This document shows positions 19,644 through 30,580 of a stretch of DNA of 64,000 bases, piece after piece. Origin of the DNA: Nitrospirota bacterium (GTDB lineage: Bacteria; Nitrospirota; Thermodesulfovibrionia; Thermodesulfovibrionales; UBA9159); the NCBI GenBank assembly GCA_963699545.1, contig CAVOUE010000005.1, positions 160,001 to 224,000 on the forward strand. Direction: 5' to 3'. The notes below the pieces were generated by a model. It was not told the origin of the DNA, ran no database searches, and saw only the letters and a program-made list of their open reading frames with translations. How positions within the stretch are numbered: position 1 is the stretch's first letter; every line of letters starts with the position of its first letter. The translations under genes and the position numbers were made by a program.

Positions 19644-20237
19644 ATGCATTCATATAAAGATTTAAGAAGTTCGGTGGTAACGCTGACGATACAGATCCTT
19701 TCCATAATCTTCAGCATATTGCTCGCTCTGAGCCTAAATGAGTGGAAGGAAGGCAAAAACAATGAACATCTGGCCCTCACAACCCTGAGGAATTTCAGGA
19801 TAGAGCTGGAGAACAACAAGAGAGCGATCGAGACCGCTTTGCGGGACCAGCGGAAATTCTTGCGTTCGCTGCAGGACGGCACGGCTCAGCTGCAGGCAAA
19901 AAACGAGAAGGTTCTTATCCTGCCGGAAATGAACCTCCCCGATGTCGTCACCTCTGCGTGGGAAACGGCCCTTTCGACAAAGGCGCTCGCCTATATCGAT
20001 TACGACGTGATCGTGAAGCTCTCCGAGCTCTACCTCCAGCAAAAATGGCTGCTTTCCCTGGAAGACAAAGTGTTCCAGACCATTCTCTCACCCTACTCCT
20101 ACGAAAAGAGGAACTCTGATAATCTGGCGAAATCCCTCTATGTGAGTCTGAAAAATATCATGGATGTGGAAGGGAAACTCCTTGCTATGTACGAAACATC
20201 CATCCAGAAGATAGAGGTCCAGGCGGAAAAACAGTAA
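19644..20237 (+). CDS. Hypothetical single-pass membrane protein
   Basis: SD AGGAGG; N-terminal TM (ILSIIFSILLALSLNEW) followed by a helical domain. Confidence 0.7.
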   Translation: MHSYKDLRSSVVTLTIQILSIIFSILLALSLNEWKEGKNNEHLALTTLRNFRIELENNKRAIETALRDQRKFLRSLQDGTAQLQAKNEKVLILPEMNLPDVVTSAWETALSTKALAYIDYDVIVKLSELYLQQKWLLSLEDKVFQTILSPYSYEKRNSDNLAKSLYVSLKNIMDVEGKLLAMYETSIQKIEVQAEKQ

Positions 20238-20246
20238 CAGGACCGC

Positions 20247-21134
20247 CTATCCCCTCGTCAGGATCTCCATGATCTCCCTGTACCGCGCCGCGGTCTTTGC
20301 CACGATCTCGTCAGGGAGCACCGGTCCGGGCGCTGTCTTGTCCCAGTCCAGAGTCAAGAGGTAATCCCGGACTATCTGCTTGTCAAAACTGTCCTGACCT
20401 CGTCCAGGCTGATAATTTCTTGCCGACCAGAACCGCGAAGAATCGGGGGTGAGGATCTCATCGATGAGGATCACTTCCTTGTCATACATGCCGAATTCGA
20501 ACTTCGTATCCGCGATGATGATGCCCTTCTTCTCGGCGATCTCTCTTGCCTTTGCGTAGATCCTCAAACTGGAGTCCCTCAGTCTTGCCGCCACTGCCCT
20601 GCCCACGATCTTCTCAGTCTCTTCAAAGCTGATGTTGATATCATGACCCTCTTCCGCCTTTGTGGAAGGGGTGAAGATGGGCTGTTCAAGCCTCGACGAT
20701 TCCACCAGGCCTTGAGGCAGCCTGATTCCGCATACCGTGCTGTTTGCCCTGTACTCATTCCATCCGCTCCCGGAGAGATAGCCCCTCACGATGCACTCGA
20801 CCGGGATGGGTTTCGCTTTTCTGACCAGCATACTTCTGCCTTCGAGCATGTCCCTGTACTTCCTTAGCTCCTGCGGATACTCATCAACATCAGCAGCAAT
20901 GACGTGGTTCCTGATGATGTCTTCCATCTTTCTGAACCAGGAAAGGGATATCTGGGTCAGCACTTTTCCCTTTCCCGGAATGCCGTTGGGGAGGACAACG
21001 TCAAAGGCGGAGATCCTGTCCGTGGCAACAAGGAGCAGATACTCCGGAAGATCGTAAATGTCCCTGACCTTTCCCCGTCTCGGTATGCCGACATCCGGCA
21101 TCTCCGTCCTCAGCACAACCGTGTCAGCAGCCAT
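20247..21134 (-). CDS. purC: SAICAR synthase
   Basis: [50 protein letters not shown]. Confidence 0.97.
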   Translation of the reverse strand: MAADTVVLRTEMPDVGIPRRGKVRDIYDLPEYLLLVATDRISAFDVVLPNGIPGKGKVLTQISLSWFRKMEDIIRNHVIAADVDEYPQELRKYRDMLEGRSMLVRKAKPIPVECIVRGYLSGSGWNEYRANSTVCGIRLPQGLVESSRLEQPIFTPSTKAEEGHDINISFEETEKIVGRAVAARLRDSSLRIYAKAREIAEKKGIIIADTKFEFGMYDKEVILIDEILTPDSSRFWSARNYQPGRGQDSFDKQIVRDYLLTLDWDKTAPGPVLPDEIVAKTAARYREIMEILTRG

Positions 21135-21174
21135 TGTCTTCCTCCTTTAGACCCGTAGTGTGATATAATAAGTC

Positions 21175-21690
21175 ATGGCGGTGCTCGAAATCAAAAAGTA
21201 TCCTGAAAAGGTGCTGAAACAGAAAGCTTCATCGGTAGTGGACATCGACGGGGCGCTGCAGCGCCTCATAGACGACATGCTCGAGACTATGTACGCGGCT
21301 CCCGGCATAGGCCTCGCCGCACCCCAAGTGGGCGTTTCAAAAAGCGTGATCGTCATCGATGTGAGCCACAGGGAGGAGGAGGACGAAAAGACACCCCTTG
21401 TCGTGCTCATAAACCCTGTGTTGAAAGCTGCCGAGGGTGAACTGGAAAGCGAGGAAGGATGCCTGAGCCTTCCTGGGTATGTCACCGCAGTAAACAGAGC
21501 GGAAAGGGTGTTGGTTCACGGCCTGGACAGAGAGGGCAGACCGGTGCAGATCGAGACTGAGGGACTCCTCTGCAGGGCTTTACAGCACGAGATCGACCAC
21601 CTCAACGGCACCCTCCTGATCGACAGGGTCAGTAGCATAAAGAGAGAGTTTTTCAAGAAGCGTTTTCACAAGGCGTTGTCAAAGGCCTGA
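21175..21690 (+). CDS. def: Peptide deformylase
   Basis: GIGLAAPQVG, EGCLS, QHEIDHLNG. Confidence 0.97.
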   Translation: MAVLEIKKYPEKVLKQKASSVVDIDGALQRLIDDMLETMYAAPGIGLAAPQVGVSKSVIVIDVSHREEEDEKTPLVVLINPVLKAAEGELESEEGCLSLPGYVTAVNRAERVLVHGLDREGRPVQIETEGLLCRALQHEIDHLNGTLLIDRVSSIKREFFKKRFHKALSKA

Positions 21691-21906
21691 CCAAACAATC
21701 TCGTTATTTTTCGTTTTATATATATTTCAGAATCACATAAGGCGGGCGGGTGAAGAATTTTCGTACGACACCTTATAAAAGAAACCTCTTGGGGCAAATA
21801 CAGAAAAGTCATACTTTTAACAAATTAAGGATATGCCATCTTAATATCTTTTCGATTAGAAAACTCCTGAAAACGCCTGCCCTATGTCTGCCTGAGGGAT
21901 AGCTCA

Positions 21907-22839
21907 TTGGCTATTGTATTTTTCGGCACGCCTGACTTCGCGGTCCCTTCCCTCAAAGCATTGGTGGGATCAGGTGAAGATGTCAGCCTTGTAGTGACAC
22001 AGACCGACAAAGTGAAAGGCAGGGGCCACAAACTCTCCCCTCCTCCGGTGAAAGTGGCTGCGCAGCGGGAAGGCATCAGCGTTCTCCAGCCCGGGAACCT
22101 CAGAGATGAACTTTTCTTCAGGGAGCTGGCATCGATCAAACCCGAATTCATCATCGTTGTCGCTTACGGGAAGATACTGCCAGTGACAATCCTCGGCCTG
22201 CCCTTGAGGGGTTGCATAAATGTGCACGCTTCCCTGCTGCCGAAATATCGTGGCGCTGCACCCATTGCGTGGGCTATATTGCAGGGCGACGAGACAACCG
22301 GGGTCACTACCATGCTCATGGATGAAGGGCTTGACACTGGTGATATCCTGTTGCGGCGGGAAATGGCAATCGGGAAGGAAGAAACAACAGGCACCCTCGG
22401 CAGCAAGCTGTCGGATCTGGGCGCTTCGCTGCTCATTGAGACGATCAAGGGGATTCGGGATGGTTCCGTCAAACCGGTTCCGCAGGCAGGAGAGACAAGT
22501 TATGCCCCTCTCCTCAAAAAGGAGGACGGCCGCGTAGACTGGTCAAGAAGCGCCGAAGAAATATTCAATTTCGTCCGTGGCATGCAACCATGGCCTGGAG
22601 CGTTTTGCCACATCGGCAATGAGAGGGTTACCCTTCTAAAGACGATGCCTGTGAACGGAGAAGGAACACCCGGGGTGGTTTCGGGAACCAAGAAGGACGC
22701 TTTCCTTATCGGCACGGGCCGCGGTCTGCTCTCCATTCTTGAACTTCAGCCTGCAGGGAGGAAGCCCATGGCGGCGTCCGCCTTCATTCACGGGAGAAAA
22801 CACGCAGAGGGGATTTCGGTGCAATGGCAGGAAGGTTGA
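21907..22839 (+). CDS. fmt: Methionyl-tRNA formyltransferase
   Basis: FFGTPDFAVPSL, VAYGKILP, INVHASLLPKYRGAAPI, GLDTGD. Confidence 0.97.
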   Translation: MAIVFFGTPDFAVPSLKALVGSGEDVSLVVTQTDKVKGRGHKLSPPPVKVAAQREGISVLQPGNLRDELFFRELASIKPEFIIVVAYGKILPVTILGLPLRGCINVHASLLPKYRGAAPIAWAILQGDETTGVTTMLMDEGLDTGDILLRREMAIGKEETTGTLGSKLSDLGASLLIETIKGIRDGSVKPVPQAGETSYAPLLKKEDGRVDWSRSAEEIFNFVRGMQPWPGAFCHIGNERVTLLKTMPVNGEGTPGVVSGTKKDAFLIGTGRGLLSILELQPAGRKPMAASAFIHGRKHAEGISVQWQEG

Positions 22840-23348
22840 TCAGAGGCGTAACCCTGAAGGTCTTCTATCCCCTGCTCATGCTGTTCGGCTCCTTTTCGTC
22901 CGGGAGGAAGGAAAAACTTCAGGGCCTTGTCATCGCGATGAACAACAGGTGCCTGGAAATGGAGAGACCAAGGGCAAAGCGGATACTTCTTCTCCTTCCC
23001 CATTGTTTCCAGATCAATGAATGTGATATACGTCTCACCTACAATATCCGCAACTGCAAGGGATGCGGAAAATGCGAGATCAAGGACCTGATTCAGATCG
23101 CAGATGACAACAACCTGAACCTTTTTGTTGCCACGGGGGGGAATCTGGCGAGGAAGATCGTGAACGATGTGCATCCCGAGGCGATCGTTGCAGTTGCCTG
23201 CGAGAGGGACCTGAGCAGCGGCATCGCCGATTCTTTTCCCCTCCCTGTGTTCGGCATCCCCAATGAGCGTCCTTACGGTCCCTGTTTCAATACAAAGGTC
23301 AGTCTCGAAAAAGTAAAACGGGCCATAGAGTTCTTCTGTAAGGGTTAG
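22824..23348 (+). CDS. DUF116 family protein
   Basis: LLLLPHC, CKGCGKC, VATGG, AVACERDL; typical position between fmt and rsmB. Confidence 0.8.
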   Translation: MAGRLIRGVTLKVFYPLLMLFGSFSSGRKEKLQGLVIAMNNRCLEMERPRAKRILLLLPHCFQINECDIRLTYNIRNCKGCGKCEIKDLIQIADDNNLNLFVATGGNLARKIVNDVHPEAIVAVACERDLSSGIADSFPLPVFGIPNERPYGPCFNTKVSLEKVKRAIEFFCKG

Positions 23349-23433
23349 TCCATGGAATCCGGGATTGAACAACGCGGCAGAGGGACAGGAGAAGAACCTT
23401 TATCCGCTTCCCGCAAGCATCTGGAACAGATAT

Positions 23434-24747
23434 ATGGAAAAGACAAGAGAACTGGCACTCAAGGCCCTTGAAGAAATATGGCAGAAGGACAAGAAGCCCA
23501 AGAATGTCCTTGAAGATCTCGCCGAATTCCTGGACAGGAGGGACAGGGCATTTCTTATGGAACTTGTCTACGGAGTTGTGAGGTTCAGGGACACCCTTGA
23601 CTGGGCCCTCAAGAGATTCCTGAAGAAGCCTTCGGCTCTGGGCCCGGATACCCTCAATAACCTGAGGCTTGCCGCATACCAGACACTCTTCATGCGCGTC
23701 CCCGATTGGGCCGCAGTGAACGAAGCGGTGGAACTTGAAAAAAAGCTCGGCAGACCCGAGGTGGTGAATGCGGTCTTAAGAAACCTGCTGCGTATCCCTG
23801 AAGCAGAACGACTCGACCTCGATGCGCTCAGAAACCAGGGAGCAGTCCCCCGCATCGCTCTCCGCACATCCCATCCCCGGTGGCTGATAAAACGCTGGGT
23901 CCGTCGATTAGGAGAGGAAGAGGCCTCCGCTCTCGCCGAGGCCGATAACCGTATTCCTCCCCTGACCCTTAGGGTGAATGCCCTGAAGACCACACGGGAT
24001 GACTTGATCGACAGGCTCTCCGGTATGGACATCCGGGGGGAACCGACCTCTCTTTCCCCTGACGGCATTAAACTGGAGGAGTTTCACCCATATAAGGAAC
24101 TCGCGGGCCTGAAAGGGTCTTTTGTAGTGCAGGATGAGGCATCACAGCTCATCTCGTACCTCCTCGATCCGCAGCCCGGCGAAAGGATACTGGACGCTTG
24201 CGCGGCGCCGGGTGGAAAAGCAACGCATATCGCCCAGCTGATGCGGGACGAGGGCGAAGTCGTGGCTGTTGAGCTTGACGGAGGAAGAATGGGACGTCTC
24301 AGGGAGAATATTCGGCATCTCGGCCTTTCTTCGATCCACGCCGTACAGACAGACATCCTGGAGTATTCGCTGAATGAACCCGTTGACAGGATCCTCCTGG
24401 ATGCACCGTGCTCTGCCCTCGGCGTGATCAGGAGGAACCCGGATGTTAAGTACCGCCATAGACCTCAGGACCTCCTGAGGTTCAGGGCGAACCAGCTGAA
24501 TATCCTCCGTCATGTTTCGCAGTTCCTGAAGCCGGGTGGTATAATGGTGTATTCCGTCTGCTCTACCGAGCCTGAAGAAGGAGAAGATCTCATAAAAGAA
24601 TTCTTGAAGGAATCCGGAGATTTCTATATTATAGATACAGCGCTTCCATTCCTGAAAGGGTTGATAAAAGACGGTTTCTTAAGGACCTATCCCCACGCGC
24701 ATGATATGGACGGATTCTTCGGAGTGAGGCTTTGCAGGAAGGCTTGA
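23434..24747 (+). CDS. rsmB: 16S rRNA m5C967 methyltransferase
   Basis: NusB-like N-terminus, SHPRW, VQDEASQL, LDACAAPGGKA, LLDAPCS, VYSVCS; start uncertain (23365 or 23434). Confidence 0.93.
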   Translation: MEKTRELALKALEEIWQKDKKPKNVLEDLAEFLDRRDRAFLMELVYGVVRFRDTLDWALKRFLKKPSALGPDTLNNLRLAAYQTLFMRVPDWAAVNEAVELEKKLGRPEVVNAVLRNLLRIPEAERLDLDALRNQGAVPRIALRTSHPRWLIKRWVRRLGEEEASALAEADNRIPPLTLRVNALKTTRDDLIDRLSGMDIRGEPTSLSPDGIKLEEFHPYKELAGLKGSFVVQDEASQLISYLLDPQPGERILDACAAPGGKATHIAQLMRDEGEVVAVELDGGRMGRLRENIRHLGLSSIHAVQTDILEYSLNEPVDRILLDAPCSALGVIRRNPDVKYRHRPQDLLRFRANQLNILRHVSQFLKPGGIMVYSVCSTEPEEGEDLIKEFLKESGDFYIIDTALPFLKGLIKDGFLRTYPHAHDMDGFFGVRLCRKA

Positions 24748-25469
24748 GAAAAATAATAGCGGTTCCCCTCTACGTGCTGGGCTTTGTCCTCATGGGCCTG
24801 TTCTCAGGGTATCTTGCGTTCAAGGTCCTGAGTTTCAGCAAGACCGTGGAAGTTCCCGACCTCAGGGGAAAGACCATGGTGGAAGCCAATGCCATTCTCA
24901 TCAAGCAGCAGCTCTATCTGAAAGTGGAAGGTGAGGAGTATGATCCCGTTATCGTTCCAGGCCGTATTGTGAGGCAAGACGTGCCTCCGGGAAACAAGGT
25001 GAAAGAACAGCGGGGGATCAAGGTCTTTCTCAGCAGAGGGCCAAAGGTCTGGGCCATTCCGGAACTCACCGGCCAGACCATCGACGAAGCGGAGTCTGCG
25101 GTAAGCAAGAGTGGCCTGAAGGTTGAAAAAATCATCCGGCTTCACTCCGGGACTGTGGAGAAGGACAGGGTCATCGCCCAGAGACCTCATCCCGATGAAC
25201 CTCTGGTAGGAGGCCCTCCCCAAAAGCCACAGGACATTATGGGTCATCGCGGTCTCTCCCTTATTGTAAGTTCCGGTCCCTATGAAGCAGTATACGTCTG
25301 CCCGGATTTCACCGGCAGGACAAAGGATGACGCAACGGGTCTGGCAGAGAAACTCAGGCTTGTTCCGGAATTCACCGGTTCCGGCGAAAAAGTGAGGGCC
25401 CAGAAGCCGAAACCCGCTACACTGGTAAAATCAGGAGAGACCATTCATCTCCTGCTTGAAGGAGGATAA
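24732..25469 (+). CDS. Membrane-anchored PASTA-domain protein
   Basis: N-terminal TM; three repeats VPDLRGKT, IPELTGQT, CPDFTGRT with Q..P motifs. Confidence 0.85.
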   Translation: MQEGLRKIIAVPLYVLGFVLMGLFSGYLAFKVLSFSKTVEVPDLRGKTMVEANAILIKQQLYLKVEGEEYDPVIVPGRIVRQDVPPGNKVKEQRGIKVFLSRGPKVWAIPELTGQTIDEAESAVSKSGLKVEKIIRLHSGTVEKDRVIAQRPHPDEPLVGGPPQKPQDIMGHRGLSLIVSSGPYEAVYVCPDFTGRTKDDATGLAEKLRLVPEFTGSGEKVRAQKPKPATLVKSGETIHLLLEGG

Positions 25470-25475
25470 CCCCGA

Positions 25476-26132
25476 ATGACCAGAATTGCCCCCTCTCTTC
25501 TCTCTGCCGACTTCATGCGGCTTGGTGAAGAGATAAAAGCGGCCGAGGCTGCCGGTGTCGATATGCTCCATCTGGACATCATGGACGGCCATTTTGTCCC
25601 CAACATCACCATAGGCCCCTTTGTGGTGGAGGCGATCAAGAAAGCCACAGAGCTTCCCCTGGATGTCCATCTCATGATCGAAGAGCCGGACCGGTATATA
25701 GCGGATTTCGTTAAGGCCGGAGCGGACTATCTCACGGTCCATATAGAAGCCTCAGTCCACCTCCACAGGACCGTCCACTGGATAAAAGACAGCGGGGTCA
25801 AGGCAGGGGTTTCGCTCAATCCCGCCACCCCGGTGTGGGGTCTTGATCACATTCTTGCCGACCTGGACCTCGTACTCCTCATGTCGGTGAATCCGGGATT
25901 CGGAGGACAGGGTTTTATTCCCCAGGTTCTCGGAAAAATAAAGACCGTGAAGGACATGCTCAGAGAGCGGGGTCTCTCGACTCCCATCGAGGTGGACGGG
26001 GGAGTGAAATACGACAATGCCAGGGAAGTGACTGATGCGGGTGCGGACATCCTTGTCATGGGTTCTGCTTTTTTCAGTTCCGGAAATTACCGTGAACTCA
26101 CCGTAAAACTGAGAGAGGTGCTTGATGCCTGA
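25476..26132 (+). CDS. rpe: Ribulose-phosphate 3-epimerase
   Basis: APSLLSADF, HLDIMDGHFVPN, MSVNPGFGGQ, EVDGG. Confidence 0.97.
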   Translation: MTRIAPSLLSADFMRLGEEIKAAEAAGVDMLHLDIMDGHFVPNITIGPFVVEAIKKATELPLDVHLMIEEPDRYIADFVKAGADYLTVHIEASVHLHRTVHWIKDSGVKAGVSLNPATPVWGLDHILADLDLVLLMSVNPGFGGQGFIPQVLGKIKTVKDMLRERGLSTPIEVDGGVKYDNAREVTDAGADILVMGSAFFSSGNYRELTVKLREVLDA

Positions 26133-27213
26133 GAGTATCTTTTTTAAAGCCGAACAAATGAGGGAGAACTCCCGGTTCAGGGAAGCGCTTTCGCTTTACA
26201 AATCAGCGCACAGGAAGTATAAGGCCGCCGGCGACTGCGGCGGAGAGCTGAGCTGCCTCCTCTCCCTCGGGGATACCAGCAGGATGGTTGGCGATTTTCC
26301 GGCTGCGGCGGATGCATACATTGAGGCCTTTTCGCTGAGCAGGAAAAGCGGGGAGAGACTCATGACCGCTGATGCAATGATCGGATTGGGTTTATCAGTA
26401 AGGGCCATGGGCGACTGGCAGAAGGCATTGAACCTGTTCTCCGACGCGGAGAAGATATACAGGAAGAGATCCGACAGGAACGGCATCGCCTTTACCCTCT
26501 GGGCCAGAGGAGGCGCCTTCAGGGTGGGAGGCGATATAAAAAATGCCTTCAGATCGTTCAGGGATGCAAAGAGGATCTATCAGGCCCTCGCCGAAGAGCC
26601 CGACGCACTGTGGGGCACGGCATACTGCCTTTGCGGTCTGGGCGGTGTCTCAAGGGTTGCAGGTCTCTTTGACGATTCCATGGAATATTACACCTCCGCA
26701 AACGGGCTGCTGTCCTCCCTGAAAGACCGCTTCGGCACCGCCTATTCACACTGCGGCATCGGCAACGCCCTCAGGATGAAGGGGGACTATGACGGGGCCA
26801 TGAAGCACCTGAAAAGGGCGGAAGCCATTTACCTCCGCATCGGGGACATCGTGAGTTATTCTTACACCCTGTGGAGCGTGGGCATGACGCTGATGATGAA
26901 GGGAAAATATGAAGGGGCCCGGAGATACTTCAGAGAGGCTGTCGCCAACTTCATAAAGACGAAGGACGCCAGAGGGATCATCTATTGCAAGCTCGCCACG
27001 GCAGAGGTGCTGTTCCTGACGGGACAGAAAACTCGTTCAAAGCGGTTGATCACAGAGGCTCTCGACGAGGCCATGGGAAACCGTTTCGCCCTTGAGACAT
27101 GCCATTCCAGGGCCCTCCTTGATTTTGTGGTCAGTGGGAAGAAGAACAGTTCCTGCTACAGGGGGATAGGCCTGAGGCTGAGATTTACCCCCCTCCCCTT
27201 CAATATCCCTTAA
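26125..27213 (+). CDS. Tetratricopeptide-repeat protein
   Basis: Repeated 40-residue helical units A..L..LG......GD...A...Y..A. Confidence 0.8.
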   Translation: MPESIFFKAEQMRENSRFREALSLYKSAHRKYKAAGDCGGELSCLLSLGDTSRMVGDFPAAADAYIEAFSLSRKSGERLMTADAMIGLGLSVRAMGDWQKALNLFSDAEKIYRKRSDRNGIAFTLWARGGAFRVGGDIKNAFRSFRDAKRIYQALAEEPDALWGTAYCLCGLGGVSRVAGLFDDSMEYYTSANGLLSSLKDRFGTAYSHCGIGNALRMKGDYDGAMKHLKRAEAIYLRIGDIVSYSYTLWSVGMTLMMKGKYEGARRYFREAVANFIKTKDARGIIYCKLATAEVLFLTGQKTRSKRLITEALDEAMGNRFALETCHSRALLDFVVSGKKNSSCYRGIGLRLRFTPLPFNIP

Positions 27214-27223
27214 TGGAAAAGGT

Positions 27224-27759
27224 ATGGGCATTCTGAATATTCCGAACACGCTCACCATGACGAGGATCGTCCTTATCCCCCTCTTCGTGACATCGGTGAT
27301 TTACAACAGATATGACTATGCACTTTCCCTCTTTGTCGTAGCCGCCCTCACCGACATGTTCGACGGGTTGATCGCCGGGTCAAAAGCCAAAAGACACTCT
27401 TTGGCAGTTTCCTTGATCCAATGGCCGATAAATTCCTTCTCGTGACTTCATTTATCCTTTTTTCGATGTATGACAAGACACCGAAGTGGCTCACGATCAC
27501 CATCATAAGCAGGGACGTTATCGTCGTTACGGGCTGGATCATCCTTTACCTCATCACGCATACCGCAAAGGTCGAACCCTCACTCCTCGGGAAGACAGCC
27601 ATCACCAGCCAACTGGTCCTCATCTGCTATATCCTCCTCGATATCAACGTTCCCCACCTGCCCGCCATACGCCCTTATCTGATATGGATCACCGCGGTAT
27701 TTACAATACTCTCGGGACTGCACTATATTTATAGGGGACTGAAACAGACCAATGCATAA
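27224..27759 (+). CDS. CDP-alcohol phosphatidyltransferase (PgsA-like); frameshift near 27378
   Basis: NIPNTLTMTRI, TDMFDGLIA, then LGSFLDPMADKFL in the shifted frame. Confidence 0.85.
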
Positions 27760-29050
27760 GTGTCACTGCGCTGAGATAGAGAAAGTAATCCCCGACAGTC
27801 CTGCCCACGTCGCCGGGATCATGGCAGGGGACACCATCATTTCGATAAACGGCCACCGCATTCACGATGTCATCGACTTCATCTTTCACAGCAGTGAAGA
27901 GGAGATGACCGTCGTCACGCAGAGAAAGGACAAAAAGGCGACGTTCACGGTATCCCCGGGAGAAGGACAGAAGAGCGGGATAGAGCTGATGCCTTTTAAG
28001 ATAAGAACCTGCACCAACCGGTGCATCTTCTGCTTTGTGAGCCAGCTCCCCAAGGGGCTGAGAAAGACCCTTTACGTGAAGGATGAAGACTACCGCATGT
28101 CATTTCTTTACGGAAATTATATCACGCTCACCAATCTCACGGCACAGGACAGGAAACGGATAGCGCGGCAACGTCTGAGCCCCCTCTACCTGTCGGTCCA
28201 TTCGACCAGCAAGGCGGTCCGCAATACCATGCTGGGGAACCCGAAGGCATCGGATGTTCTGAAGGATATCGGGTTCTTCAAGGAGCAGAAGATCAGGATG
28301 CATTGCCAGATCGTTCTTTGCCCCGGCTTTAACGACGGCAAAGAGCTTGACCGGACCATACGGGACCTTTACAAATTCTACCCCTATGTCTCGTCCATTG
28401 CGGTCGTGCCGGTCGGTCTTACTTCCCATAGAAAGACTGCTCCAAAGCTGAAAGCCGTGGAAAAAGAGGACGCCGTCAAAGCGCTGGAACTCATTGACTC
28501 TTTTCAGAAAAGGTTCTTGAAGAAGCACGGAGAGTCCATTGTCTATGGCGCAGACGAGCTTTACATAAAAGCAGAAGAAGAGTTCAAACCCCTCAGGGAA
28601 TATGGTGATCTGCCCCAGATCGAAAACGGAATAGGCATGGTACCCCTCTTCCTCCATCAGGCAAAAAAGGTCAAGATCCCTCAGGCAAAGGGAAGGAAAA
28701 GGCTTGTTACCTTTACCGGCACCTCCTTCTATCCCTATCTGTCGCGTTTTATTGACAGATTTAAGAAGGCAGGCATCGACATTGAAGCCTCAGCGGTCGA
28801 AAATACGTTTTTCGGCAGAAGCGTAACGGTTACCGGTCTGCTCACCGGCAGGGATATAATGAAGTCTCTCTCCGAAGTGGTAAAGAAGGACGATACGTTG
28901 CTTGTCCCTGATGTTGTTATGAAAGAAGGAGATCAAGTCTTCCTCGATAATGTCGCTCTGCACGACCTGGAGGATATTCTCGAGATTAAGGCGGTGCTCA
29001 TCGAATCAACCCCGAAGGGCCTGGTGGACGCCGTAACGGCTTTGGGGTAA
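27752..29050 (+). CDS. PDZ + radical-SAM-like DUF512 Fe-S oxidoreductase
   Basis: N-terminal PDZ (DSPAHVAGI), CTNRCIFCF, KDEDYRMSFLYGNYITLTN, QIENGIG, VTVTGLLTG. Confidence 0.88.
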   Translation: MHKCHCAEIEKVIPDSPAHVAGIMAGDTIISINGHRIHDVIDFIFHSSEEEMTVVTQRKDKKATFTVSPGEGQKSGIELMPFKIRTCTNRCIFCFVSQLPKGLRKTLYVKDEDYRMSFLYGNYITLTNLTAQDRKRIARQRLSPLYLSVHSTSKAVRNTMLGNPKASDVLKDIGFFKEQKIRMHCQIVLCPGFNDGKELDRTIRDLYKFYPYVSSIAVVPVGLTSHRKTAPKLKAVEKEDAVKALELIDSFQKRFLKKHGESIVYGADELYIKAEEEFKPLREYGDLPQIENGIGMVPLFLHQAKKVKIPQAKGRKRLVTFTGTSFYPYLSRFIDRFKKAGIDIEASAVENTFFGRSVTVTGLLTGRDIMKSLSEVVKKDDTLLVPDVVMKEGDQVFLDNVALHDLEDILEIKAVLIESTPKGLVDAVTALG

Positions 29051-29073
29051 GGCGCGAAAACATTGGTGATTTC

Positions 29074-29895
29074 ATGAAAATCAGCGGCAAGACAAAGGTA
29101 GTCGGCCTGCTCGGCTATCCCGTAGAGCACAGCCTTTCTCCCGCCATGCACAATGCTGCCTTTGAACATCTTGACCTGGACTATTGCTATGTAACGTTCT
29201 CTGTCAGGCCCGATCTGCTCGAACATGCGCTGAAGGGCATCCGGGCGTTGAACCTCAGGGGCGTAAACATCACGGTTCCCCATAAGGAAAAGGTGATCCC
29301 TCTCCTCGACCAGGTGAACGAAGAGGCATCTTTCATCGGAGCGGTGAATACGGTACTGAATTCGGACGGCGCTCTCACCGGCTTCAATACTGACGGCAGG
29401 GGGTTCATGGAATCCCTGGCAGAGGCAGCCATCCCTCTGGAGAGGAGGACCGTGCTGGTGGTCGGCGCTGGCGGGGCATGCAGGGCCATAAGCTATTATC
29501 TCAGCCGGCATGCAGCAAGCCTCCTGATCTTTGATATAGACGAAAGGAAGGTCTCTGCTCTTGTGAGCGACCTGAGTGCAATCCGCTCAAATGTGAGCCG
29601 CGCCGGGAATCTGGAGAGTCTGCATGGCGCCGATATCGTGATCAATGCCACCCCCCTCGGCATGAAAGATTCCGACCCGCGGCCTCTGAGCCTTTCCCTC
29701 ATTACCAGGGAAATGACCGTCTGTGACCTTATCTACAGGGAGACCCCTCTCCTGAAGGCCGCCTCTGAAAAGGGGTGCAAGACCCTGAATGGTCTTGGGA
29801 TGCTCCTCCATCAGGGTGCCCTCGCCTTCGAGATATGGACGGGGATAAAACCGCCCGTAGGGGTCATGCACAACGCGATAAGGGGAAACAGGTAA
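29074..29895 (+). CDS. aroE: Shikimate dehydrogenase
   Basis: HSLSPAMHN, NITVPHK, GAVNT, NTDGRGF, GAGGA, NATPLGM. Confidence 0.96.
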   Translation: MKISGKTKVVGLLGYPVEHSLSPAMHNAAFEHLDLDYCYVTFSVRPDLLEHALKGIRALNLRGVNITVPHKEKVIPLLDQVNEEASFIGAVNTVLNSDGALTGFNTDGRGFMESLAEAAIPLERRTVLVVGAGGACRAISYYLSRHAASLLIFDIDERKVSALVSDLSAIRSNVSRAGNLESLHGADIVINATPLGMKDSDPRPLSLSLITREMTVCDLIYRETPLLKAASEKGCKTLNGLGMLLHQGALAFEIWTGIKPPVGVMHNAIRGNR

Positions 29896-30031
29896 GCGCT
29901 CCCCTTCAGCGACCTTCCCGCAGTCCGGCACCAGTCCTTGCAAAAAGAATTTACGTGTTCTCCCTCCATCCCGGCCTTTGTGGTACATTTTTTGCTTTAC
30001 TAAGACCTTTTTTGTGTGATAAACTTTTTTT

Positions 30032-30580
30032 GTGAAGGACATCTATGAGAGTGTGCAACGCATGCCGGGAAATCGGCTGGCTCTGTGGGGTTTTATATGC
30101 GTCTCAATCGTCTTCATATTCTTCACCGTTTTTTCAGATGAGCCGGAGTCCCGGAGGAATTTCTCCATAAGCAAAGCGGGCTCCTACATGGAGGGTTTCA
30201 GGATCGTGAGCAAAAAGGACGGAGCGGATGCATTGATCGTCACCGCCCGGAGGGCTGATTTTTCAAAGGATGAGACCCTTGCAAAGATGGATACCGTGAC
30301 CATGGACATAAAGAAGGAAGGTGCGCTGCTGAATGCCGGGCACGGCACATACAATATGATCACAAAAGAGCTCACCCTGGAGGACAATGTCACCGTGCGG
30401 GTGCGCGATTCCGTCATTCATGCAAACAACCTTTCGTGGGATCCTTCCCGGGGAATGCTCTCCACCGAGGGCAAGGTCCAGATGAAAGGCGACAAGTTCA
30501 CCGTGGAGGGAGAAGGACTGACTGCTACCGATGATAACAGAGTCACGTTGATGCGAAATGTCAAAGCCATCTTCAATTAA
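30032..30580 (+). CDS. lptC: LPS export protein LptC
   Basis: Single N-terminal TM plus beta-jellyroll-like sequence; directly upstream of lptA-lptB. Confidence 0.75.
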   Translation: MKDIYESVQRMPGNRLALWGFICVSIVFIFFTVFSDEPESRRNFSISKAGSYMEGFRIVSKKDGADALIVTARRADFSKDETLAKMDTVTMDIKKEGALLNAGHGTYNMITKELTLEDNVTVRVRDSVIHANNLSWDPSRGMLSTEGKVQMKGDKFTVEGEGLTATDDNRVTLMRNVKAIFN

